Below are positions 36,983-48,041 of a stretch of 64,000 nucleotides of DNA, piece after piece. Every line of letters begins with the position of its first letter. The first letter of the stretch is position 1. The stretch spans positions 20,336,001 to 20,400,000 of the forward strand of contig OZ038379.1 of assembly GCA_964036045.1 (NCBI GenBank). Reading direction: 5' to 3'. The translations under genes were made by a program, and so were the position numbers. The notes under the pieces were generated by a model. It saw nothing but the letters and a program-made list of their open reading frames with translations. It made no database searches and had not been told where the DNA came from. The DNA is from Eutreptiella sp. 'Long Island Sound 2002' (taxonomy: Eukaryota > Protista > Euglenida).

Positions 36983-38965
36983 ATGGAACGTGTGCATGAA
37001 GCACCCAACGAGGGGGATGAAATCGACGAGTTGACCTTGGATGGGACTGCCCGCCACATACGCTCAGTTTGTGGTGAAATTCGTCGTTGCCCCGGCCAGA
37101 TCATGGTCGCCATCATGGTCGTGCCCATTATTTTGTGCATTGTGGTGCGGTCTGCGGATGTTAAATCCCCTGGCACCGCAAGGTTGCATGCGATCGGTGT
37201 CGATAGCTCCATGGGTACACTCCAAGCGATTGCCCAAATTGGGAGCCATGTAACCAAGCACGCCACGACTATCACAGGTCCAACCAGGGGCATATCCGTG
37301 CGGACTACACGCAAGCACCCCATTCCTTTTCCGGCGATGCACCCGCCCGGAGTGTCCTCGCTCGCGCGAACCACTTGGCCTCAAAAGTCCATCACATGGC
37401 TCGCCCTTGGCCCGTTGTGCTTGTTTGGAGCAACGATTGCAGTGTGGCTCCGACGTGGTTTTGCCGCACCCTCGAAGGCGTGGGACCCTGGCTCCAAACT
37501 TTGCGATCCATCACGGGTCGCTCAAAGCACGGACCGCCGATTCGCAATGTGCGGTGTCGTCGGTATGCATGTCCCTCCGGACCGCCACCGGTTGCATGCA
37601 CCCACAATGTATCAGGAGGTGCTCGCGTTATTGCATGAGGCAGTGGCCAGCGGTGTTTGGCCAACCACCTCTAGTGCACGCGCGCGCCTCATTGACGGTT
37701 GCGGGCTTCACGGGGTTGCCCGTGGGGCATCTTTCACCGTCGTCAACCCGTTGCTGACCGAGCCCGCAAGACCGAAAGGGCGTGGTGGTTCGAAGGCAAG
37801 GGGCCGCAAAAAGAGAGGTGCCCTTGGCAACAAATTGTTCCCAGCCCTCGCGGAAGCTGTATTTCGGTTGGAGGCTGAGATCGCCCCTCGTGGGCGACCG
37901 GGAAGTGCTCAATGTGTTGTCAATTACAACACGCGGTTTGTGCCCCACGTGGACATGGGGTCGGGTGCTGGTGGCGATGCCACGTGCCTTATTGTTGCCC
38001 TCGGAGACTACGTTGGGGGTGGCGTCGTTGTGGAAGGACAGGTGCACGACGTGCGATATTCGCCGCTGGAGTTTGACGGGTGGAGACAGACCCACTGGAC
38101 CGAGCCGTTTATCGGCGATCGGTTCAGTCTCGTGTGGTACACTCCGACTACGGAGACACACGCAGTGGCTGCGGCGCGAATCTCCCGCGACTACGACCCG
38201 CCCATCCGGTACCGACCAGGGTCCACGGATGAAAACGTCGTTGTCGAGGTGCTGGGCCCGCGCCACGTGTATGCAGGGCCTGCCCGCGGTGACCCTCGGT
38301 GGCCTCCAACCGACTTCTCTCCGCGTGGTCACGTTGTGCTAGATGTTGGGGCACACATAGGGGCTTTCACGCGGTATGCGTTGGAGGCTGGTGCGTCGCG
38401 TGTGCTTGCTTTCGAGCCAGAACCCGAGAACGCGGCCCTACTTTGCGACAACGCTACTCCATTCGTCGGCCATGTTCAGCTATTCGAGGCAGCAGTCGTG
38501 CATGGCGGAGGGGACGTGCGCGATTTAGTACTGGGGCGCGACCGCAGCGATGGTGTCAAGAACACCTGGCGGCATGCGCTCGCGGGTCTCACGCACTACC
38601 AGGATTCTGCACGGGGTGAAGGCGCCGACGTGCTGCAGCGCGTGCGTGTCGCGACGGTGCCGTTATTTGGCCCTGGAGGGGTACTCACTGATGACGTAAC
38701 CTTCGTGAAGCTGGACTGCGAAGGGGCTGAGCTGGAGCTGCTCTTAACTTTCCCGCCCGGAGGCTGGCGCAATGTGCAGCGGCTTGTGTTTGAGTGGTCG
38801 TTCACAAAGAATCGCAGCATGGACGACTTCCGGGCGGTCGTGGCGCGGCTCGAATCTGAAGGATTTCAGGTGATGCACGAGGGCGTGGGGCATTGGGACC
38901 AGCTCCCGGAATGGCCATGGAATATGGACGCAGTGGTTTTTGCTGCCCGAGATCTGGGCTGCTGA
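36983..38965 (+). CDS. 2OG-Fe(II) dioxygenase fused to an FkbM-family SAM methyltransferase, with a two-TM N-terminal presequence
   Basis: HxD (PHVD 37945-53), distal H (38093), RxS (DRFSL 38120); FkbM motifs RPGSTDENV, LDVGAHIG, AFEPEPEN, KLDCEGAE. Uninterrupted frame; first ATG at 36983. Confidence 0.88.
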   Translation: MERVHEAPNEGDEIDELTLDGTARHIRSVCGEIRRCPGQIMVAIMVVPIILCIVVRSADVKSPGTARLHAIGVDSSMGTLQAIAQIGSHVTKHATTITGPTRGISVRTTRKHPIPFPAMHPPGVSSLARTTWPQKSITWLALGPLCLFGATIAVWLRRGFAAPSKAWDPGSKLCDPSRVAQSTDRRFAMCGVVGMHVPPDRHRLHAPTMYQEVLALLHEAVASGVWPTTSSARARLIDGCGLHGVARGASFTVVNPLLTEPARPKGRGGSKARGRKKRGALGNKLFPALAEAVFRLEAEIAPRGRPGSAQCVVNYNTRFVPHVDMGSGAGGDATCLIVALGDYVGGGVVVEGQVHDVRYSPLEFDGWRQTHWTEPFIGDRFSLVWYTPTTETHAVAAARISRDYDPPIRYRPGSTDENVVVEVLGPRHVYAGPARGDPRWPPTDFSPRGHVVLDVGAHIGAFTRYALEAGASRVLAFEPEPENAALLCDNATPFVGHVQLFEAAVVHGGGDVRDLVLGRDRSDGVKNTWRHALAGLTHYQDSARGEGADVLQRVRVATVPLFGPGGVLTDDVTFVKLDCEGAELELLLTFPPGGWRNVQRLVFEWSFTKNRSMDDFRAVVARLESEGFQVMHEGVGHWDQLPEWPWNMDAVVFAARDLGC

Positions 38966-41825
38966 TGTCGTGGAGGCAGGGCCACGCATGATGAAAAAGG
39001 ACAGTGTCTGGGAGATGGGTTTGCGTTCATGCCTCCTGGTCTAATTGAGTTTGCAGGAGCCCCTGCTCAATGCGCAGCCGCAAACGGTGGTGCCGAAATG
39101 GCAACGCACCACGCATGGGGTGCAAGGCACCATCACAGTGTGCTGTAATTCTTTGTGCGACCTGCTACCTCTGCTACAGTCATGAGCGGACAGTCTGAAT
39201 GGGGCTGTGGCTCTGGGTGAGAAGCGGTGTGCATGCTGTGGGCATTGGCGTGGGGAGGAGCGCTTGCAGCAGTTGGCGCCTCACTTGTTGACTGCTGGCC
39301 TGGCCTGTCTAACTGACTGATTGGCTGACTGTCAGCCTCTCTTCGAGGTGCACTGCCGAAGGCAATTGAATTTTGATTGCAGAAAACATTTGACTTGAAA
39401 TTCTTGATTGGAGAATAATTGATGTGGCAAAAAGTGCATCGAAAAATTTTTTGGCTTTGAAAATTGTTTTATCCGGAACTCTTTGTTGGGCAACAGTTAT
39501 GATTGGAAACACAATTGTTTGGCCGATCATCTGAAGAAGATTTCAGGCTCCAAAGGCCGTGTGTGTAAAGAAAATGCAATTGCTTAAAGCTGCAAACAGC
39601 CTCGTACAAAGAAACACTGAGAGCTGTGAGAACAATTTTTTTTTGCAAAAAGCCTCAGGATTAAAATTCACATACAAATTGATGGTTGTTGGGTGGTTCA
39701 TACATGGGTCATGTTTGTGTTTTTTGCAACTCTAGATTAATAAACAATGTCCTATGTCGTTTGCTCTACAGAATGTTTTGCACTACTCATCCCCAAGGCA
39801 TCCAGCATGTTTCCTATGTCTTTTTGCATGCAGCGCAAAAAAGTATTGCACTGTTCATCTCCAATGCATACATTTCTTTGCCATAGGTATCATGTAACAA
39901 AAACAATTTCTCTTCACTAACCCTTTTTTAGAATGTTTTGCATAGTGTTGTGCAACACCCATTGGCACCCATGCACCAGATTGAAAGACAATTAACTGCC
40001 TACACATTTCCTTTGTGTCATTGTTTCTACCATGCCTATGCACTGCACCAAACTTTAATGATTTTCCAAATATTGTCCAAACCAATGCGCCATGTACAAC
40101 ACCTCGCCTCTAAGAATCCCCCCCCCCCCGGCTTGACGATCCTTTGTTCAGGAAGAGGCCAAGGTTGCAAGGCAGGTGTTGCAGTGGTTAACATCCATAA
40201 GGACTTTTATTTTTTTTTTAACGGATGGACAGTCCCAAATCGCATGGCAACATAAATTGCATCAACAGAAATACACAGAAGCACTATGGCCTTGTCCACT
40301 GTGCCAACAAAGCAACAAATTGTTCTTCGAGAAAGGGAAACAGTCGTGCAAAAATACCACAAGCAGTTGCAACATAAAAAAGCTTATACTTCATGGTGCC
40401 ATCTCCGAACTGCACTTCAGAGCCACGAAACACTCCAGTGTACCAAGGGTCAGTAAATAGGACGTGGACCAACATCCCATTGACTGCTGCAGGTTGCCAT
40501 GATTTCTCAATTCGTCGCTGCAGAGCTGTGCATCGCCACTCCTGCTGTAGCATCCGCCCCCCCCCTTTGCAATCCCCCCCCGGGGGAACCGTGACTTTGA
40601 CAGCAGGTTTTTTGGTTGTGCTCTCTTGTTCTTCCCATGCTGGTGCCCCCCATCAGACTTGACTCCTCTTTGCATTCAGACACAAATGTATGCCATAGGC
40701 GCTGATGTTTGGTACCACTCTCACAGCAGTGGTGGCCAACTGTGGCACACAGCAAGGGTGGCCAATTGTCATTGGTCCCTTGCTCCGGACCCGAGTTCCT
40801 GCCTATTCAATACCAGGGTACTGGGGCCAAGGTGGTGGATCGATGTATCTCCTGAGTCGCTGGGATCTCCTGGTGTTGACAACTGTGCTTCTCCGCAACC
40901 AGCCCCCACAGCTACACCACAGGCACCTATACCCAAACCTGCTCCCAAGCACAGTGTGAAACGGGTTCTGGAAAGTGGTACAGATTTGTGGTATACAGAT
41001 TTGTGGTGCAACCCCCCCCCCCAAGAAGGGGAACCATCACTTCACGACCCCCCCCCCCGGGGAGGGGGGTGGCCTAACAAAAGGGGGGAGATTGCGGGGG
41101 GGGGGGGGGGGGCTAGTTGGTGTCAATATTATTGGTCGCAGCTGCCGCTTTGTGTGCACGGTTTTCCATTCCCATGTGTCGGTCGCGTCGCGTCGCACGT
41201 GCAGCAGCAGAAAATAAAAATAAAAACAAGAAAACCCTGTAGAGCCAAAGGCAAACACACAGAATTTTGAATTTGCCGACCTCAAAAAGCCCCCCAGAAT
41301 TTTTACGCCAAAAATTGGCGAGTGGGGCGCAAAATACCACCCCCCACAACCACAAAAAAGAACACTGGCGCCATGAAGTGCAAGGCGAGAAGGAGGGCAC
41401 GGCAGAGCAAGCGGTGCGTGTGTGTTAGGGCACCAGGGAGGGCAGTGGGTAAAGGGTAAAGATTGCGAGCAAGCAAGACAAAAGCAAAGCACGAGGGCAA
41501 GGCTCCTCACCCACTTTGTTGCAAAAAATCATTGGTGGGTAGATCTACGAGAAGCCCTATGCACGCCACTGATTGAGCCAAAGGTGGAGGTGTCAAACAA
41601 GGAGAAGACCACGCAGGTCCGCTTGACAGCCCCACAGGGGAATGAAGAATCCCGTAGTCCACATATGGAGCGCCATGCCAATCATTGCGGGAAAAGCGCT
41701 GCCCTACTGGGTACATGTACCCTGGCCTCACACCCTGGTTTAGTGCATCCTCTCCTCAAACCTTTGTTTGTCCATCCTGACCCATGACATCAAAAACAGC
41801 AGGCGGAGGGAAGGCACCACGACAT

Positions 41826-41895
41826 GCAAAGCAACACAACACAACACGCAACAACGCCGCAACACAACACAACACAACACAACACAACACAACAA
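41826..41895. repeat. (CAACA)n simple repeat in an A/C-rich low-complexity tract
   Basis: Direct inspection. Confidence 0.85.
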
Positions 41896-42582
41896 GGCGC
41901 GACAAACAAAGACAACAACAAAACAAACAACAAACCAACAACCGACCAAGACACAACGCCGAGCACCGCCACAAAAAAAAAAGCAAAGACAAGAAACCGC
42001 ACAACACACACAAAGAGGAACAAAGGTGCCATGAAGCACAACGCCATGAAGATGGAGGGTGGTGCAAGAGGTGCGTGTCAGGGCACAAGGGAGGTAGGAA
42101 GAGTGCGAGCACCGCAACATGCCGTTAGGCCGTCAAGCCATTTGGTCATGAGGCCACGTGGGGATGCTCGCGTGACCTCATGCAACAGCAGTTCTGCAAA
42201 ATTGACCCGTTGGCCAAAATTTTTCTGTCGCATGCCATGCACACAATGCTCCAAATGGTGTACAATGGTCGAGCGTCAATCAGAACGAGGGACAAACTGT
42301 TGGAGCGGAATGGGTCAACAGTGCTGGCACCTCCATTGTCCAGAGCTATCAACGATTGAGTTGGCGTTGTATTCGGAGCCTCCACAAGGAAGTGAGGTAG
42401 ACCTGGGTCTTGGTCAGTGATGTGCATGGTTGGGGTGTACGGCGACGACACTACATTTGCTAAGGCTTGTGCCAGAGAGCGGGGTCATGCTGGGGCTAGG
42501 ATTGGTTGGACTGATGGAATGGTCGCTGGAGCTGGGGCCGATTTTAGGGAGTCCTTCCATGTCGCCTGGGTAGTCGTTGGGG

Positions 42583-43197
42583 CTAGAGTCCGCGCTGGCC
42601 AGTGCACGGGATGTCCTGCAGGTGGCAAGGCGTCTTGCACATCAGGGTGTGTAGTATGCCACAGATAGAAGCCGCAGGTGTCGGGGGCAACTGAGTACAC
42701 GGCGGCGGGTGTGACACTTGCAGCTTGGCTGGTTTTGTGGGTGGTGTTCCTGCTGCCTTGCCGGCGACGTGTGATCCGTTCGCTCCATGCAGAACTCCTA
42801 GCAGACCTGAGTTGGTGCCGTCCGAGTTCATCATTTAGTAGTTGCTGAAAGCCCACCCGTACGCGTATTTAGTGGAGTCCATCCCTGCCCTGTACCCTCC
42901 ATTATATTGGGGCGGTGTTCGTGGAGACCCGGCAATGGCATAGAAAACGGCGTTCGTGAACTCCAAATACTCGTTGATGAGCGTGTCGGCGTGGCCAGGG
43001 GCGGCAAAGATGGCGTTCACGGTGCGCGAAACTGGCTACAGTCTCCGGGCCAGGTCGGCGCAAGCGGGGAACATAGTGTCCAGTTGGTCCCCGGAGGTCG
43101 GCGGAAGGAACATCAAAATAAGAGGCCTACGCTGGCCCACCTAGACGTGATGCCGGGGTTGGATGGCACCGGAAAAAAATAGACACTGAGAAAGTGT
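42583..43197 (-). pseudogene. SL-headed processed pseudogene of a probably secreted protein
   Basis: ACACTTTCTCAGTGTCTATTTTTTTCCG at 43197-43170 (26/28 to the recalled SL), short UTR, reconstructable signal peptide, then a long frame with two in-frame stops. Confidence 0.7.
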
Positions 43198-44899
43198 TGT
43201 TTCACTCTCGCGCAGTGGGGTTGCCCGTCGCCGCTTGATACAGTCCCGCCTGCGGCGCGACCGATCACTCGCCAATAATCTTTTTCTTGCTGACTTCCTG
43301 CCCGGGGTGGATGACTGTCATCAGTTGGTGCATTGTGGGGTGCATGCTTTTCGCTTTGAGCTTTTGGTGGAAGACGTGCTGCCATCATTGGGGGCGTTGT
43401 GAAAGTGTTTTGGAAGAAAGAGCTCACGGCAATGGAGACTGGTGTAGAAAAACCCGATTTTCACACATGCCAGCGCATTCATAAGGGTCGCTAGATGGAG
43501 GGTTTGTGCACCTCTCTGAAAAATTTTCCTTCAAATGTGGCACATGGTGACTGTCCAGATACTCAAGTATGCTGCCCAGGCCAAGACCAAGGGACCTGAG
43601 TTGGTCCTCTACGACACTTCCTCTAGATGGTGGCAAGGCTCATTGATATTGCTATATGTGTCACAAAAGTGGAGAAAAAGCTCCAAGCACACGACATCAC
43701 ATTTGTTGAACGTGATGGCATCATGCAAGAGCTTGAGATTTTGCTTAGGGGCAATGTTTTTGACGAGCCCCAGTTTTCTGGCCTCACCAGGGCTGTCGTG
43801 GAAAAGGCCAAAGGTCTTTAATGGCATGAAAATTGCATATGGGAGGCTGCATGATACTAGCTTTGAAGCGAATTCGTGATGGTTTTTTGGAGAAATGAGC
43901 AAGATATTTGCCAATAGGCCTATTTTGGGCAAATTGGGTTTGTTCGATTTTAGCAAGTGGCCAGTTGATGCCACCCCGGAGTCCCATAGTGTGCAGGACC
44001 TTCAAGCAATATTTGAGCATCAGAAAAAAACGTTTCCTTCAATGACATGGGAGACTATTGTTGCTGATTTTGATCAAATGAAGGTTGTATATAAAACAGC
44101 CCTGAAGCTTGTAGATTCCGGGGCCTTTTTGAAACATATCATTGTACTGCTCTGATGTGCATTTGCATTGGCTCCAAGTGCAGTTGTGGAGCAAGCATTT
44201 TCGCAACTCACACGGCTGCTTCCTCCCCAACCATTGTGCATCAAACCCAAGTTGGTGGACCAATATTTGATTTTGGCTCCGGATAGTGTGCCACAGACAA
44301 AGTACAATTTTGCAACTGTTTGGGAGGATATGCGCACCAATGCATGTTGCGCATGCTTCCGCTTGGCAATTGCTGACTAAGGAGGTGAGCATTTGAAGAA
44401 GAAGGCAAAAAAGAGGTACCAAGCCGAAGCACTCTGAGGTCATTTGTATTGACAATCCCAGGAGTGAAGCTTCATCCTCTTCCTCCAGGTGTGACCTATG
44501 TTCCTTTGAGTCTAGCAATGACAATGACAATTAGATTTGTAATCAGCTTGTGTGGTGAAACCAAATTGTTCAGCCCGCAGTGCAATGCCCGCTTTTTTGC
44601 ACTACATGTCTCATTTGGGTAGTTGGGTGGGTGGGTGGGTGAGTGGGTGGGTGGGTGTCCAATAGCCCCCCCACCCCCGTATATGCGAACAATATCTGTC
44701 GCTCATGGCCTGTGGGGGTGGGACATTTGTGGGTCTGTGGGTTTCTGGATGGGTGGGTCCGTGAAATCACCCCCCCCCCCCCCCCCGCCCCACTGGGCCC
44801 GCCACTTGCCCCCTAACCCATGACAAAAGAAGGGGTACAATGTGCCCCAATGAGTCAAAAAGTTGAGGAATATGGCAAGTCCACACATGAGCCCAACAC

Positions 44900-45060
44900 A
44901 GGGCAGCCCCGCACAGCACAACCCCAAATGGCAGAGCCCAACATAGAGTGGCCTAACATAGCACTGCCCCATATAGCACAACCCCACATAGCACGGCCTC
45001 ACACAACACAGCCCCACACAGCACAACCCCACATGGCAGGGCCCGCATAGCACAGCCCGA
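44900..45060. repeat. Degenerate 15-bp minisatellite (about cacatagcacaaccc), roughly 10-11 units
   Basis: Visible period; translates to repeating CYVGL-like pentapeptides on the minus strand. Confidence 0.8.
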
Positions 45061-45244
45061 AAAATGTGCCCTAACATGTAGAATGTTGCGCACGTTGGCT
45101 GCTGCTTGTGAACCATTCCGCATGTCCGTTGCATTGGGTTTTGGTTTGTAGGCTACCTTCAACATAGTGGCTATGTGTCCAATCATGGCGGATAAATAGT
45201 TTCTGGGTTGCCGCTGTCACACCATTGAAAACCTGTGTTTGCCC

Positions 45245-45766
45245 CTACTCCCTGAGCCTCATGACGTTGACAAAATCAAAGTATTTATTGTTTGTGAAAA
45301 ATTCCACGGCGTTGCTGATGGAGTGTTGCAAGTAGTGTGCTTGAGTGGGATCATCACTATGTGCTGCAGCGGCAGGCGGGGCATCAGCGCCATCGGAAGA
45401 GAACATTTTGGCCCAAGTCTTTCTTGTCATGCCGCATTCATTCACCACAATGGTCTGCACAAGTGGCATCTCAACCGTGTACAGCACGTTCACAAAGCCA
45501 TGTGCACAGTCACGTTGATGTTGCTCCATAATGGATGGAAGCGGGGAGTTCGGTGATTTTGCCAGTTGGGAATAGGCAAGAACATCGGGTGTTGTCGCAC
45601 TACAATAGGGGCACGGGTATCTGTCCTCATTCATACTTGTTGGTCCATCACGTCCACGGAGTTTGCACAGTAGCATGTGGTCTCCCTCCACGAAAATCCG
45701 TACTTTCAATTGTTCACCTTGCACTGTCACTTGCTTGCCATTCAGTATGCATAGTGCCTCATCCAA
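45245..45766 (-). pseudogene. Transib/Chapaev/RAG1-like DDE transposase fragment
   Basis: FVEGDHMLLCKLRG..GPTS...YPCPYC resembles the GYDEKLVREVEGL...YICTLC core pattern; downstream DCAHG may correspond to the D-x-L-H motif. Confidence 0.5.
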
Positions 45767-46760
45767 ATTTTATGTGGTCCAATATTTTTTTCGGTGTTTC
45801 TTGACTGTCTAACCACGGTACAGGGCAACCATAGAGTGGCGGTGTGGTGAGTGCTCTTTGTAGTTCTCAGTTTTTCGTATATTGACAAGGTTGTTGCAAC
45901 CACATGGGAGTCCCACAGAGGCCCCTCCTAATGTAAGGTCCATTGAACCCCTTGCCATGCTTTTTGGTGTGCCAACAGGCTGTAGTGTGTCCGTGTGTGT
46001 GTGGAAATCCAAGTCCGCACACGGACCACTACACCCCTCTATGACTTATTGCAAGGGGTCTAGACCCCTGTAGGAATTGGCGCATGGGGTGTGCCAATAC
46101 CTACAAGGGTCTATACCCCTGTATGATTTACGCGTGGGGGTTTACCCACTTTGGGGGCCACTACACCCCAAGCAAAAATTATTTGAGGGGTGTAGGGGGG
46201 TCAAACAATTTATGGGTGCAGGTTTACACAGCTGGGGGGACTCTACACTGCAAGCGAAAATTATTTGAGCCCTCTTCCGCTTCTAAGTCGTCTGAAAAAT
46301 TTCTTCGGTGCCTTCGGTGCTTTTGTTTTGGGTGTTTTGTGGACCATCTTTGGCCAAAACACTTTTTGGCGCCGACAATTTTCCGATTTCTGTTGGCAAG
46401 GAGGAGCCCCCCCCCCCCCACATTCTGAAACAAGCCGTCCATTGGGGTTGTGCCAAGCGGGAACCAGGGCAATAATGATGTGGGAAAACCCTCCTCCAAG
46501 AAGGCACTGTACCCCAAAGCACTCCAGGTGACCACAGGTCACTAAAAACTCCTCCAAGATAGTGACAGCGCGCTGCAGAAGCCTCCAAGGGACAGCATTG
46601 GAGGGGCTCCGAAGGCAGGCACAGCGTTTGGCCCCTGATCCTGCATGGTGCGCCGATACTCCCTTTGAAGATGACGTTCTTGCCTTCAAGAAATGCGCAG
46701 AAGTGCTCTTCTGAGTGGTGACGCAAAAAACCCCACGCCCGACACGACGGCGATCATGCC

Positions 46761-48041
46761 ATGTCGGACAAGCCCGTATTTGTCCCGGGTGACATTGCCA
46801 TTCTTATGGCTGAGCACAGGCGTGTCCTAAAACGCGGACCCGTCGGACTGCGCCAGTGGGGGATTGGCCACGGACTTTGCCCGTCTGTGGATGAGGCCGC
46901 GGGGGGCGGGGGGCACAATGTTGCGGTGTACTCCCCGCGTGCGTTTGTCAGCGTCGAATTCTCTTCAACAATGACCCTTTTGTTTTCGTACCCCGGCCAC
47001 CCTCCGTCGCTGTCTGGCGCCACGGAGCTTGCGAAGCTGACCTCTGATGACATCAGCGGGTGGCGCTACGTTTACAATCTCTGTGGGGGCGAGCATGCGA
47101 CCACAAAGGCAAGCATCCGGCACAAACTTCAGCCATACGTCGGGTCGCTGCACTGGGACGAGTCCGACCAGTCCGAACCTCTGGACTTCGGCTCGTTCCT
47201 GCGAATCATGAGCAAGCTGCCGACGGGCCGCCGCTGCGTTGTGCTGCTGTGGGCCCATGCGTCGGCCAAGGGACACTCGGTGCGCGCAGACCCGAACAGT
47301 GTGCTCATGACCTGCACCAGCCACAGCCCCACACAGTGCGTAAGCGCCGCATACAAGATGGCCCAGATCAAAGCCGCCCAGGCCCAGCACGCCATCGACA
47401 TGAAACAGGCCTACGAGGCTGCACTGGCCAAGGCCGCGGCTGCTCGGCTGGCGATAGAAACGAAAGCCATGAACATGAAGGCGGCCTACCACGCAGCAAT
47501 GGCCAAGGTCCAGGGCGCACAGCGGGTGAGCGAGGCACCTGCGACCCCGCTCTCCGTCCCGGCCGCAAGCAGAGCGCCCCAGGGCACAGCAGCTGGCCTG
47601 GTCACGGTGCCGGGGTCCCTGGGAAGTGTGACCATGCCGCGGATTGGCACCGGGAGCTTCACCCACGGGTCTCCGGGCTCCCAAGAGGGCCTCCGAGCAG
47701 GGCAGATGAGTCCCTCACAGGAAGTCGCGGCCTCAATCGAATTGATCATCAACGAGAGCTCGATGCGAATCCCCGAGCACAAGGCTGGCGGTGACAGCGG
47801 ACGGCTCGGGGCCCGAGCCCATCCCGTACCCCTATCAGGGTCCCCCAGAGATGGCCCTCCGACCGGCGAGCGGATCTCCCCGAGGACCCTCACCGTCTCC
47901 GCTCTCGAGGATGAAATCCTGACCATGGACATTGATCGCGCCACGAGCGATTACCAGGAGTCGGGTGGCGGTCTGTCAGACCGGTCCCTTGGCAAGGCCA
48001 GCACAAGGAGTGGGGAGTCCTGCGGATCCTTCGGTTGGTGA
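46761..48041 (+). CDS. Hypothetical protein, 426 aa, uninterrupted
   Basis: Long GC-rich ORF; globular alpha/beta-looking N half, Ala-rich helical repeat, S/P/G-rich tail. Family not recognised. Confidence 0.55.
   Translation: MSDKPVFVPGDIAILMAEHRRVLKRGPVGLRQWGIGHGLCPSVDEAAGGGGHNVAVYSPRAFVSVEFSSTMTLLFSYPGHPPSLSGATELAKLTSDDISGWRYVYNLCGGEHATTKASIRHKLQPYVGSLHWDESDQSEPLDFGSFLRIMSKLPTGRRCVVLLWAHASAKGHSVRADPNSVLMTCTSHSPTQCVSAAYKMAQIKAAQAQHAIDMKQAYEAALAKAAAARLAIETKAMNMKAAYHAAMAKVQGAQRVSEAPATPLSVPAASRAPQGTAAGLVTVPGSLGSVTMPRIGTGSFTHGSPGSQEGLRAGQMSPSQEVAASIELIINESSMRIPEHKAGGDSGRLGARAHPVPLSGSPRDGPPTGERISPRTLTVSALEDEILTMDIDRATSDYQESGGGLSDRSLGKASTRSGESCGSFGW

Larger units (their letters stand above)
39350..44420 (+). 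pseudogene. Fragmented hAT-family transposase with internal insertions
   Basis: TTF-zinc-finger-like RNSLLGNSYDWKHNCLADHLK, LHC...ELAL, RIHKGR*, LIDIAICVTKVEKKLQ, and dimerisation-domain LAPSAVVEQAFSQL, in colinear order. Confidence 0.65.

Noticed and set aside
40980-41115. Long C and G homopolymer runs here and throughout as G-quadruplex or regulatory signals
   Set aside because: They are ubiquitous in this window's non-coding DNA and prone to sequencing length error; no specific pattern.
46709-46717. TTCTGAGTG upstream of the 426-aa ORF as a third SL relic
   Set aside because: Only 9 nt match and the TCTATTTTTTTTCG part is absent; expected by chance.
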